Source of the DNA: Albugo candida
Lineage: Eukaryota
Direction of reading: 5' to 3'
NCBI GenBank assembly: GCA_040437565.1
Contig: JBDOQK010000062.1
Coordinates: 62,001-126,000 of the forward strand
DNA length: 64,000 bases
Both the position numbers and the translations under genes were made by a program. The notes beneath the pieces were generated by a model that searched no databases, was not told the DNA's origin, and saw nothing but the letters and a program-made list of their open reading frames with translations. How positions within the stretch are numbered: position 1 is the first letter of the stretch; every line of letters starts with the position of its first letter. Shown one piece after another: positions 37,238-47,700 of the stretch.

Positions 37238-38287
37238 ATGCAAGCTTTTCGAGCATCTTGCCGGCAAATATCTTGCTTTCAAGGCATTGGTAGCTGGCAA
37301 GGTAGTGCGAATCGTACCTGTCGTACGCAGGGGATACTCTACATCAATCAGCATTCTTGTTTTGCTTCATCTACACAGAAAAAAACAAAAGTTCCATGGC
37401 GTAAGAAGCAGCGCCAATTAGCAGCCAAGCAAAAAAGACTTCAGGAAGAAAAAGATGGAACAGCTAATCCGTACAGACGTGAAAAGATTCGACGGCAGAA
37501 TCGCATTATTGATCTTCCCGTAGACGACGGTAAACGATGGAGAATTATGGCTGCTAGTATCTTGCATCGATATCCTATCATTCAGCCCGATCTTGAAGAT
37601 TGGGAAGAAGATTTTGAAAAAGTTCGCTATGAAAAGAGCCTTCGAGAGGATATGCGCATCCCGAAAGGCTTTTGGACAGTAGAACCAGGAACGGAAGACT
37701 TGTCACCAGAGGAAGCGCCCTCTCCATTTGAGCCAGATGATCCTGAACTGATTGTTGGTGATGGATTTCATTTAGCTCCGCGGATCACAGAAGACGGTGA
37801 GGTATTTTGGTAATTGCAGGGTAGAATGCGCACTCATATTGACTTTTTTTCGATAGATAAAATCAAGAATCAAAAATCACTGGATCGCGCGCTAGCGAAC
37901 CATGTAGTATTGCTTACCCGACAGCCACAAGATCAGCGAAGAAGTCCTTACGATTGGTTTTTTCCATTTGGTGAGTTTAAGGAAGGCGTGAAAATGCGGA
38001 AAATGGCAATTCGTCAATTGAAACGCACATGTGGCAAAGAACTTGACGTGTATCCAATTGGTAATGCACCGATCGGATACGTCTCTTTCTTACATAAAGA
38101 GAAGCAATCAGAAGATGCTTTTGATGGCACGAAAATCTTCTTGTATAAAACTCGATTGATGGGTGAAGCGCAAATCACCTTGAACGCTTCAAGAGCTACA
38201 GACTACGTGTGGGTTACGAGGGAAGAATTGAACGAATATCTAGAACCCGAGCTTGCTTCTTACATTTACAAACTTTTGCCACCATAG
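37238..38287 (+). CDS. MRPL46: Mitochondrial ribosomal protein mL46
   Basis: Motifs APRITED|DK...SLDRAL, WFFP, GNAPIG, KIFLYK and DYVWVTREEL; one intron at about 37797-37855. Confidence 0.8.
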
Positions 38288-38394
38288 AATGTGTAGATAA
38301 CTAATCACGCTCGTAATAGATCACAATTGCGTTATTCTGTCTCAGTGTGACACTCACAGCAATCCATTCCCTGAGGCTAAGCGGAAAAGGCTGG

Positions 38395-39879
38395 ATGAAG
38401 ATACCACCAACAAGAATCATTGGCGCGCATATCTCGGCCTCTGGAGGACTTGGATCGTTGTTGAAGAATGCGGAAGCACTCGGCCCATGTGCTCGCTGCT
38501 TTGCATTTTTCATAAGACCACGTATGACTTGGCGAAAGTTTCCTCCTTTCAGTAGTGAAATTGTATCAGAATTCCGGGAAAAGTTGGAATTGAATGAGCA
38601 ATTTTGTTTAGAGCATTTAGCTGTCCATGGATCGTATTTGGTCAATTTAGCTTCTCATAATGCCGAGCTTCGCGCAAAGAGCGTTGGTTTGATGACGGAA
38701 GAAGTTTCCAAATGCGAACAATTAGGCATCCCTTACTACGTATTTCATCCTGGTTCTTGCACTGGGCATACAATTGTCAAGTCAAAAAAGCGTTTGAAAT
38801 GCGAGGAGGATATTCGGATCGAAGAAAATCGGAAAAAAAATCTCCGCATTCAAAGCAAAAAATATGTCGCTGAGAGTATGATGCAAGTACTATCGAAAAC
38901 CAGTCATGTCGCTTTGGTCCTTGAAAACACAGCTGGGCAAGGGAATTGTCTCGGAGCTGATTTGGCTGAATTACGAGAAGTCTTGGACTCGATCGAGATG
39001 CTGTGGCAAGAGAATGGCTGCGGGAGCGCTCCTTATCAAAGACTGGGTATTTGCCTCGATACTTGTCATCTTTTTGCAAGCGGTACTTGCATTGTTAAAG
39101 ACGGAGGAGATTTGTTTGTCGAGACGAGTATGAGCGTATATGAGGAATTATGGAATTTCATCGCAAACTCTCTTGGAGCTCGATGGATGAATCGGAATGT
39201 GCTCAAGGTTGTTCATCTGAATGACTCGAAAGCGCCCGCTGCTTCAAGAAAAGATCAGCATGCGAATATCGGGAAGGGATGTATGCCCATTGAATTTTTT
39301 TACTGGATGATGCAAAGTGAGCATTTTGAGAATATTCCAATGATCTTGGAAACACCTCGTAAAAAGGCTAATAAAAAGCGGAAATCGAAANNNNNNNNNN
39401 NNNNNNNNNNNNNNNNNNNNNNNNNNNNNNNNNNNNNNNNNNNNNNNNNNNNNNNNNNNNNNNNNNNNNNNNNNNNNNNNNNNNNNNNNNCTTGCATTGT
39501 TAAAGACGGAGGAGATTTGTTTGTCGAGACGAGTATGAGCGTATATGAGGAATTATGGAATTTCATCGCAAACTCTCTTGGAGCTCGATGGATGAATCGG
39601 AATGTGCTCAAGGTTGTTCATCTGAATGACTCGAAAGCGCCCGCTGCTTCAAGAAAAGATCAGCATGCGAATATCGGGAAGGGATGTATGCCCATTGAAT
39701 TTTTTTACTGGATGATGCAAAGTGAGCATTTTGAGAATATTCCAATGATCTTGGAAACACCTCGTAAAAAGGCTAATAAAAAGCGGAAATCGAAAACAGC
39801 AAAGGACAAAGTTTATGAGATTGAGCCCCTATCTGCGAAGGAAGAAATAGAGCTTTTGACGGGATGGGTTGGGAAGTAA
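38395..39879 (+). CDS. APN1: AP endonuclease family 2 (endonuclease IV/Apn1); internal repeat is a gap overlap
   Basis: Motifs GAHISASGG, HGSYLVNL, FHPGS, LENTAGQG, CLDTCH, HLNDSK, DQHANIG and ILETP. Confidence 0.9.
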   Translation: MKIPPTRIIGAHISASGGLGSLLKNAEALGPCARCFAFFIRPRMTWRKFPPFSSEIVSEFREKLELNEQFCLEHLAVHGSYLVNLASHNAELRAKSVGLMTEEVSKCEQLGIPYYVFHPGSCTGHTIVKSKKRLKCEEDIRIEENRKKNLRIQSKKYVAESMMQVLSKTSHVALVLENTAGQGNCLGADLAELREVLDSIEMLWQENGCGSAPYQRLGICLDTCHLFASGTCIVKDGGDLFVETSMSVYEELWNFIANSLGARWMNRNVLKVVHLNDSKAPAASRKDQHANIGKGCMPIEFFYWMMQSEHFENIPMILETPRKKANKKRKSKXXXXXXXXXXXXXXXXXXXXXXXXXXXXXXXXXXCIVKDGGDLFVETSMSVYEELWNFIANSLGARWMNRNVLKVVHLNDSKAPAASRKDQHANIGKGCMPIEFFYWMMQSEHFENIPMILETPRKKANKKRKSKTAKDKVYEIEPLSAKEEIELLTGWVGK

Positions 39880-40512
39880 GCCTTTCATCCTCTGAAACGC
39901 GTTTAATTTGGTCTCCTTTTGTATGAATTTGACTGCGATTGGAGGACTTCCCGCCAACTCGGTCTCCTTTCAGAGGATGCTGACCAGTAGCTGTTTCGCA
40001 ATAGTTGAAGTTGCTGTAAAATTTAGCATATTTGGTCTCCGTAGTGAGCTTGTACTCTTTCTAAGCCAGAAGTTGGATAGACAATAGCTCACAATATAAT
40101 AAAGTTGCAATAGTGCTGACAAGAGAAGTCCAAAGGTCCAATTCATCGCTCCACCTCCATAGCACGCTCAAATCGAATCCATTTTAGCGATAGTATTACC
40201 TTTCAACTTCCATAAGCGCCAATACTTTTTCAAAGTCATTTAGCGTTTGCTTGTCCAGCAAAAGCCTCTGATGGAGGTGCATTGTTAATGCGATAAAATT
40301 TTTATCCTCACCATCGAGCTTCTTCTCCCACTCCAAGGTTGAGCTTGTTTTCAAGTAGATCCATGTCCTTTTGTGTACGCATCTAAATTGCTGAAGATAT
40401 GATAAATCGCGTGATCTTGGTGAGAATTTTCTCTTGATGATGTCACTCTCTGGCAGTCTTCCGTATGCTATGCGAATTATGGATAAAAATGCGAAGTTCA
40501 GTGTCTACAAGT

Positions 40513-41050
40513 GGCTTCCCAGCTCTTCCTTATCAAGATGCAATATATCTCACGGAAGTATCGACGATAGACGATAAACTATCATCAGAGTCACGCTATC
40601 ACAGCTGTCGCTTCAAGCGTCTAGGAGGTGGATCGCCAGATCTCATCCGCGCTTAACAGCACGTATTTTTTGCCATGATGCCACTCGTATGTGTTACAAG
40701 TTTTTTTAATAATACATATCCCGTCTCAAAGCAAAAAATGATACGCTCTTCCTTGAGTTACCAAACAGAGGCAAGTTGAATTGCTGCATCCGGTTGATTA
40801 CCGTTTGCATTTTCACATTCATGGCCATTGCGGATCGTACTGAATAGTGTATAGCACACATGAGTGGCATCTTTGCAAAAATTTGTGCTGTTAAGCGCGG
40901 ATGAGATTTGGCGATCCACATCCTAGACGCTTGTAGCGACAGCTGTGACAACGTTCTACTTTGACAGCATGACTCTATTAATAGTTTATCGTCTGTCGTC
41001 AATAATTTCTTGATACACATTGCATCTTGATAAGGCAGAGCTGGCAAGCC
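40513..41050. repeat. Imperfect long inverted repeat (arms ~40513-40697 and ~40852-41050)
   Basis: For example CCTTATCAAGATGCAAT, CAAGCGTCTAGGA and ATCTCATCCGCGCTTAACAGCAC in the left arm have exact reverse complements in the right arm. Confidence 0.9.
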
Positions 41051-41355
41051 TAGACGATCAGACAAGGTGAGGGACATTCAAAAGCCTCCACTGTTTCATT
41101 ACGTGCGTTGAAGATAACTTCAACATTCTTGGTTTTTAGCCAATAGGAAGAAATGCTCTGTGTGTTGTATTTTTAGTGGTCGCAATTATGTCCAAAGTTT
41201 CCGATGAAAAATTCGANNNNNNNNNNNNNNNNNNNNNNNNNNNNNNNNNNNNNNNNNNNNNNNNNNNNNNNNNNNNNNNNNNNNNNNNNNNNNNNNNNNN
41301 NNNNNNNNNNNNNNNNGGTCGCAATTATGTCCAAAGTTTCCGATGAAAAATTCGA

Positions 41356-44300
41356 ATGGATGAAGCCTCAAAAGGAAACCTAGCATGGCGACATCAAATG
41401 CGCTATTTAGTGTTCGTTACACCGATTGGGTCCATTTCGGAATCAGACTTTTACGACTTTCTTGCCTTGTTGAGACATCATTCTACCCTCCCTCTTGAGA
41501 ATCTCACTAAACCAAGCAATCACGCTATCGAATTATCTCCCTTCCCATCTTTTTCGTGGGATCGAGCGGATACGGCATTAACGTTTGAATATCAGTATAA
41601 ATCGGTACAAGACCTCCAATCCGTAGCAGAAGGAGAGGAAGCTCATGTGAATCTCGTTCATGCTTGGAACCGTGTTATCGGTATCATTGGTCTGGTACAC
41701 TATCCTACATTTATGTGTCAGAAGGATGTCACACATGGACGTTTGGAATTGATTGAGAACTCATTTCATCAAATTGTCGAGAAAATACCTTACTTGGATC
41801 AGCTGATCTTCCAGAAGTGCTTTGTGTTGGAGTATGGCTTCGATTTGAGTCGGGAGAACCGCTTCCTAGGCGAAAGAGAATCGAATGGTAATATGAATTT
41901 GGTTATTTTTCCAATGTATCAAACCTTAGCGAATGGCGAGTCGACGCGAAGTGTTCACCTGCAAGTCGTTTTGGATACATTGGCGGTCACAGTGATTATT
42001 GCATTAGGAAGGCTCATTCACGCAGTGTTGAGCGATATCGACGGTGAATCAAGCTTTACGGATGACACTAGAGTTGGGAAACGAGCCAATATCTCAGCTC
42101 CGATTACGTTTGGTGCTTCGTTCTCGCCTTCCGCTATGGTTTCAGCTGCCGCTGCAGCTATTTCGAAGAGAAGCGGTATGACACCCTCCGGAGTTGGTCA
42201 AACTGAAGCTCTTACTCGTGGAAGTAAGAGTCGACTTTCAGGAATCGCTTTATTTCGAACCAACATCGAGCCTGGATTCATGAAATCTGAGGAACCGAAA
42301 GCGAATCTCAAAGTGAAGGACATCCGTCAGCAATGTAGGTGGAGAAAGGAAAAGCTGATTGGAGACTATGCAATGATGCTTTCATGCTACACTGATGCCA
42401 AATTACACTACGAAAGAGTGATTGAGCATTTGCGTCAAGAAGAACGCCACTTCACATTGCCTCTGGATTTGCTTAATTCGTCTGGTGCTAGCCATTCATC
42501 AAATGATCAAAGTTTGGCACAAAGTACTGGAAATGCACTATGGTTTGCAGCTGCTCTGGAAGGCCATTTGCATTCTCTGATGTGTGAGAATGAGAATCGA
42601 TTCTCATCAAACATATTGGAACAAGGTAGTGAAGCACTCGTACATTATTCACGTGCGTGCACACCTTCACTGGAAATCCAATTGATACAAAAAATGGGAA
42701 GGTATCTTGTTTTTGGAATTGAAGATTGTCCGGAAACCTCATCGGAAGTACATTTTTGGTGCAAACGTTTGCTTTTAGAAGTCATTCAACGCGGATTTCT
42801 CATCTTTCCTGTACTTTCCTGGCGGCACCAAATGGTATTTCTCCTACATTTCGAGGAAATGTTATCCACGATTAATTACAATCGTCATGCTTTGATGCTT
42901 CTTATGGAGGCCTCTGACGCATTGTTGAAGCAAGAAACGCATCAGCTTGATTCGAGGAAGTTTCACGATATTCTCATACGACGGCTGAGTACACTGTTAT
43001 CGAGTCCCGGAACAAAAGCACCGATATGGCTTGATCTTCGATTTCACGCTCTGCGTCAGCTCTGTGCATTGGCAATGAAAGCAAGAAAGTGGTCACTTTG
43101 GCTCAATTTTGTGCATCAATTGTTATGGAATTTGGTGGAACACGATCAACGGATACCAAAAGGAGACACGTATCATGTCGAGGATGAAAACTATGCTCGT
43201 GTTCCGCTATTACAATCATCATGGTCGTCCACCATCACAAGAGGAAGCAACGTGGAATGCAATCTATCAAATCAGCATTGGCCTTCTCTTCCAAGGGATC
43301 CGAGTCACAAGCAAAGGGTACTGATGAATTTTTATCGTAATCGAATGATTTGTGCAGTCAAAGCATTAGAAATCGCTGGTGCAAGTGCTAAAGTGACATC
43401 TGTGAACCTTTTCGGTGTACTAAGCCTTTTCGATCGCACAAGTATTTACTATCAACAAGTACCCTCATCGTTGGATGCCTCTATTCTGATGCAGGGTGAG
43501 AATTTAGGATCAAACGTACGGAAATTCATCCCATTCTCATTGTTGGCTTCTGGAACGTCTCCTTTGTCTGCTATGAGCTCAGCAGCTGAATCGATCTCTT
43601 CCGCCTTGGCAAGTACACCCCGAATGCTTATGAGTCGAACACCTCGACGTCAGACGATTACTTCTCTAATGAGATCACCTTCCTCGTTCGACTCGGGGGA
43701 AGTACGTAAAGCATTTGATGATGATGACTTGGAACCTCTCAAGCTTCGAACGTTTAGTAAGGAACAGGCAGCTTTGGGTCGAGAAAAAACTGAATTTATG
43801 GAAGAACGGAATAGTTCTTATCATATTCCGGGTGATCCTTCCGTACGAGGTTTCGATCAATCACGTTGGAATCTTCAATCTCGTCGATGTATAACTGCAT
43901 GTCAAGAAGAAGCACTACGCCTTTTGATCGAGTTCTCGTCGTCCTCAAAAGGCTGGAATTTTGTACCAGACACAACGCGATGCATCTTACTCTTGCTATG
44001 CATGCAGCCGAAATGGGAAAATTATCGTCGATATCCCATTTTATTCGGATCGGACGCGATACAGCGACTCCAAGCTCGTGTCGAAAAGCAGCAAGGCAGA
44101 TCAATTGACCAAGAGAATGCATTTCTGTATTCGCCGTTCCGAGACTCACAGACAAATCAAGCACTTGGAACGCCATTCCCTTCAGCAAAACCCCTCGAGA
44201 GCAACGCCGCTGGAAATGAGGCTGTCTCTGATGCCCAAAATCGAATGAAGCGGATGACGCTGGAAATGGAACTGTCAAAAGAACTTCAAGCGTGTGCGGT

Positions 44301-46119
44301 TTATGAAGTAATAACATTCGACTTTCTGCTGAGGAATCCTCTTGGAGTCTCTCTCTCAATCAGTGACGCGACGGTATGTGCTCAATATAGTTCCAGGGCT
44401 GAGAACGCATCAGAGTACGAAATTTACTCAACGATAGATTCAGCGCCTGATTTGGAATGTCATCCAGTTTCATTCACCATTCCCCCGTACCAAGACGCTT
44501 TTCATTGTTCTCTGGTCTTTCGTCCATTGCTTCCTGGAACAATCGAAATACGAGGAATTCGATGTGAGGTTGCCAATCACAAATTTCAACTGTCAACTGA
44601 GAAGATCTTATTGCACGTTTTACATCCGATTCCGCTAGTAACAATGCAATTGAAGTCCAATCAAGCGTCTGATGTCACTCTTCCAGACACCAGGGATTTC
44701 AGCGTCTCGAATGGGAGTGGAAATCAACAATTATGGCTCTATGAGTGCGAGACAAAACGATTTGAAATATTGATTGAGAATATCGGAAGACATCGAGTGG
44801 TGGACTCGCAACTTCTGGTTGAAATTTGCGAATTAGACCAACGTTCTAAGCAGGAGAAGCTGCTGGATGCGATGATTGTTTGGGGCGGTAAAGAAGGCAA
44901 TCAAGCAGTTCAATCGATACAGAGCCGACGGATGTGGCTAAAGATCGAACGTTCTGGATGCCGGACAACTTCAGTGGAAATAGAGCAACGCATATCTGTG
45001 TTCTTCGATGTCGGCTTCATGCTGTCGGAACCTGACACCCAATATAGCAAATCATCAAGACGTAAGCTGTCTTTGAAATGGAAGCTTGTGTCTACGTCAA
45101 TGGCAAGAGCATTCGGCGATACAATCACAGAGCGATATTTTCGTGAATCGAACTTGAGTATGGTACTTCACCTCCTTCCTTCTTTGGCACTGAAAAGCAT
45201 TTGGGTCGAGAACGCGAACATGTACACTCCAAGCGTTCCAAACGATAAAGCAACAAAAGCAATTCTGAGCGATAGTTTGTGTTGTTATGTCATTTTTCAA
45301 TTATGGAACCCGACCGAGTCGCCATTCCGAGTCACCGCAAAAGCATTGGATCCTCGATACCCCATAGACCCGGAAGTTTGCGCGGATATCGATCGTCAGT
45401 GTCTTCGTCAAATTGCTATCCAGCTTGCACTTGACTCATTTGCCGCGCTTTTAGTGGAAAGTCCATTATCACCCTCTTGGAAAGATCGTTTTTGCGAATT
45501 GTTACAAGCTCAAATCAAACTTGACTGGCATACACGTTTTCAGAGTAGCGGACACCTCGAATTCCAACCTGATATGCTCAAGCAGTCCTGTGAACAACTT
45601 GCCATACAACTACTCCCGGCTCATGTCGTCATGCACCTTAGCTGTGTTCCGCATCAAATACATTCATCTGAGTCGAAATCTCTTCAAACGAGCAATGATA
45701 CCTCATTTTCCTTTGCTTTCACACCGCATGTACGTCAGCGACCATTTTCAAACTCAGTAGCCGTAAATCAATTTATATCGCTGACATTGAGGCTGGAATT
45801 GAAGCAGTCGGACTTGTTATGGGGCACTTTAGTTCAAAACGAAATCGAGTTAGCAGTGTTCATTCGGCAACCTGAAGGCCCATGGCTTCATGATCAATCG
45901 GATGGGTGGAAGCATTTCGTACTTTGCGGGAAAACCGCTGTTCGTGTCGATGCCAAAAGTATCAATGGGACTCAATTGCTGGATTTGAAAATACTTTTTC
46001 TCACTCACGGAACTTTTGAAATATTCAGTCGCGTTAGGTGTTTCTCCTCTTCCAAGCACGACGGCTGCATCGACATGTACTGTCGAAATCCGTTGATGTT
46101 CCACGTTCAGGATCCGTAG
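41356..46119 (+). CDS. TRS120: TRAPP II subunit Trs120/TRAPPC9-like
   Basis: 1587-aa ORF with KLIGDYAMML...DAKLHY, LWFAAALEG, FLYSPF and LRNPLGVSLSISD motifs. Confidence 0.72.
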   Translation: MDEASKGNLAWRHQMRYLVFVTPIGSISESDFYDFLALLRHHSTLPLENLTKPSNHAIELSPFPSFSWDRADTALTFEYQYKSVQDLQSVAEGEEAHVNLVHAWNRVIGIIGLVHYPTFMCQKDVTHGRLELIENSFHQIVEKIPYLDQLIFQKCFVLEYGFDLSRENRFLGERESNGNMNLVIFPMYQTLANGESTRSVHLQVVLDTLAVTVIIALGRLIHAVLSDIDGESSFTDDTRVGKRANISAPITFGASFSPSAMVSAAAAAISKRSGMTPSGVGQTEALTRGSKSRLSGIALFRTNIEPGFMKSEEPKANLKVKDIRQQCRWRKEKLIGDYAMMLSCYTDAKLHYERVIEHLRQEERHFTLPLDLLNSSGASHSSNDQSLAQSTGNALWFAAALEGHLHSLMCENENRFSSNILEQGSEALVHYSRACTPSLEIQLIQKMGRYLVFGIEDCPETSSEVHFWCKRLLLEVIQRGFLIFPVLSWRHQMVFLLHFEEMLSTINYNRHALMLLMEASDALLKQETHQLDSRKFHDILIRRLSTLLSSPGTKAPIWLDLRFHALRQLCALAMKARKWSLWLNFVHQLLWNLVEHDQRIPKGDTYHVEDENYARVPLLQSSWSSTITRGSNVECNLSNQHWPSLPRDPSHKQRVLMNFYRNRMICAVKALEIAGASAKVTSVNLFGVLSLFDRTSIYYQQVPSSLDASILMQGENLGSNVRKFIPFSLLASGTSPLSAMSSAAESISSALASTPRMLMSRTPRRQTITSLMRSPSSFDSGEVRKAFDDDDLEPLKLRTFSKEQAALGREKTEFMEERNSSYHIPGDPSVRGFDQSRWNLQSRRCITACQEEALRLLIEFSSSSKGWNFVPDTTRCILLLLCMQPKWENYRRYPILFGSDAIQRLQARVEKQQGRSIDQENAFLYSPFRDSQTNQALGTPFPSAKPLESNAAGNEAVSDAQNRMKRMTLEMELSKELQACAVYEVITFDFLLRNPLGVSLSISDATVCAQYSSRAENASEYEIYSTIDSAPDLECHPVSFTIPPYQDAFHCSLVFRPLLPGTIEIRGIRCEVANHKFQLSTEKILLHVLHPIPLVTMQLKSNQASDVTLPDTRDFSVSNGSGNQQLWLYECETKRFEILIENIGRHRVVDSQLLVEICELDQRSKQEKLLDAMIVWGGKEGNQAVQSIQSRRMWLKIERSGCRTTSVEIEQRISVFFDVGFMLSEPDTQYSKSSRRKLSLKWKLVSTSMARAFGDTITERYFRESNLSMVLHLLPSLALKSIWVENANMYTPSVPNDKATKAILSDSLCCYVIFQLWNPTESPFRVTAKALDPRYPIDPEVCADIDRQCLRQIAIQLALDSFAALLVESPLSPSWKDRFCELLQAQIKLDWHTRFQSSGHLEFQPDMLKQSCEQLAIQLLPAHVVMHLSCVPHQIHSSESKSLQTSNDTSFSFAFTPHVRQRPFSNSVAVNQFISLTLRLELKQSDLLWGTLVQNEIELAVFIRQPEGPWLHDQSDGWKHFVLCGKTAVRVDAKSINGTQLLDLKILFLTHGTFEIFSRVRCFSSSKHDGCIDMYCRNPLMFHVQDP

Positions 46120-46700
46120 CCATCGACAGGATTTCGGGTAGCGTACAATCGCCCAAATGGAATCGAACGCCAGAAACCTCACACTTGATGCACGCGCTCT
46201 CACATGATCGATAGCGTGCTTGTAGTAGAAACTGAACGACCAAATCGATTAGATAGTTATTATGTGAGCACGAGGACTCGATGAGCTCATAATGAAAAAG
46301 TCAAATGTTTTTTACGCGTTTGGTGAATGCGTTTCAAAGTTGGCCATCGTTTATTAAGTTAGCTTACCCACTAGCTTGTCACAACTTATGAATCTCTGTT
46401 ACTATTAAGATCCGCCACACTAGGCTGGAGTAGGATCTGGTCCGTCCACATGCACTTTCACTTACTTTTGCGAGTCTTGTCACGGAAAATATTACTCTGT
46501 AGAATGACTAGATATGCAATAACCTGCGTCGAGTGAGCTTGTAATCTTGTAATGAAATAGGAGGCAAACTTTCAATTCTCTCAAGGGATGACTTTAAAAA
46601 CAACAATATAGCAGAATGACTTATATTAATTACAATTATGTGTTGCACTTAAACTGAACAGCTATTTCAAACAACGACAATTCTTCAGCTTCATTTTGGC

Positions 46701-47700
46701 GCTATTGCTAAATGACGTGATGAGGTCATTGAACAGATGCACTTGATGTCCATGAAGTGTTGCTATTGCTAAATGACGTGATGAGGTCATTGAACAGATG
46801 CACTTGATGTCCATGAAGTGTTGCTATTGCTAAATGNNNNNNNNNNNNNNNNNNNNNNNNNNNNNNNNNNNNNNNNNNNNNNNNNNNNNNNNNNNNNNNN
46901 NNNNNNNNNNNNNNNNNNNNNNNNNNNNNNNNNNNNCAGATGCACTTGATGTCCATGAAGTGTTGCTATTGCTAAATGACGTGATGAGGTCATTGAACAG
47001 ATGCACTTGATGTCCATGAAGTGTTGCTATTGCTAAATGACGTGATGAGGTCATTGAACAGATGCACTTGATGTCCATGAAGTGTTGCTATTGCTAAATG
47101 ACGTGATGAGGTCATTGAACAGATGCACTTGATGTCCATGAAGTGTTGCTATTGCTAAATGACGTGATGAGGTCATTGAACAGATGCACTTGATGTCCAT
47201 GAAGTGTTGCTATTGCTAAATGACGTGATGAGGTCATTGAACAGATGCACTTGATGTCCATGAAGTGTTGCTATTGCTAAATGACGTGATGAGGTCATTG
47301 AACAGATGCACTTGATGTCCATGAAGTGTTGCTATTGCTAAATGACGTGATGAGGTCATTGAACAGATGCACTTGATGTCCATGAAGTGTTGCTATTGCT
47401 AAATGACGTGATGAGGTCATTGAACAGATGCACTTGATGTCCATGAAGTGTTGCTATTGCTAAATGACGTGATGAGGTCATTGAACAGATGCACTTGATG
47501 TCCATGAAGTGTTGCTATTGCTAAATGACGTGATGAGGTCATTGAACAGATGCACTTGATGTCCATGAAGTGTTGCTATTGCTAAATGACGTGATGAGGT
47601 CATTGAGCAGATGCACTTGATGTCCATGAAGTGTTGCTGTTGGGTAATGACGCGATGGGGCATTCCGAAGATGCGCTTGATGTCCATGAGACGTCGCTAT
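46701..47700. repeat. 61-bp tandem repeat, at least ~14 copies, interrupted by a gap
   Basis: Unit GCTATTGCTAAATGACGTGATGAGGTCATTGAACAGATGCACTTGATGTCCATGAAGTGTT. Copies are identical with no spacers and degenerate at the right end. Confidence 0.97.

Noticed and set aside
39087-39794. Internal domain duplication in endonuclease IV
   Set aside because: It is an exact ~300-bp overlap either side of the gap at 39391-39490.
46701-47700. CRISPR array or snoRNA cluster
   Set aside because: Units are identical and contiguous with no variable spacers, there are no cas genes, and the context is eukaryotic. A C-box-like GTGATGA is present but there is no CTGA D box in the unit.
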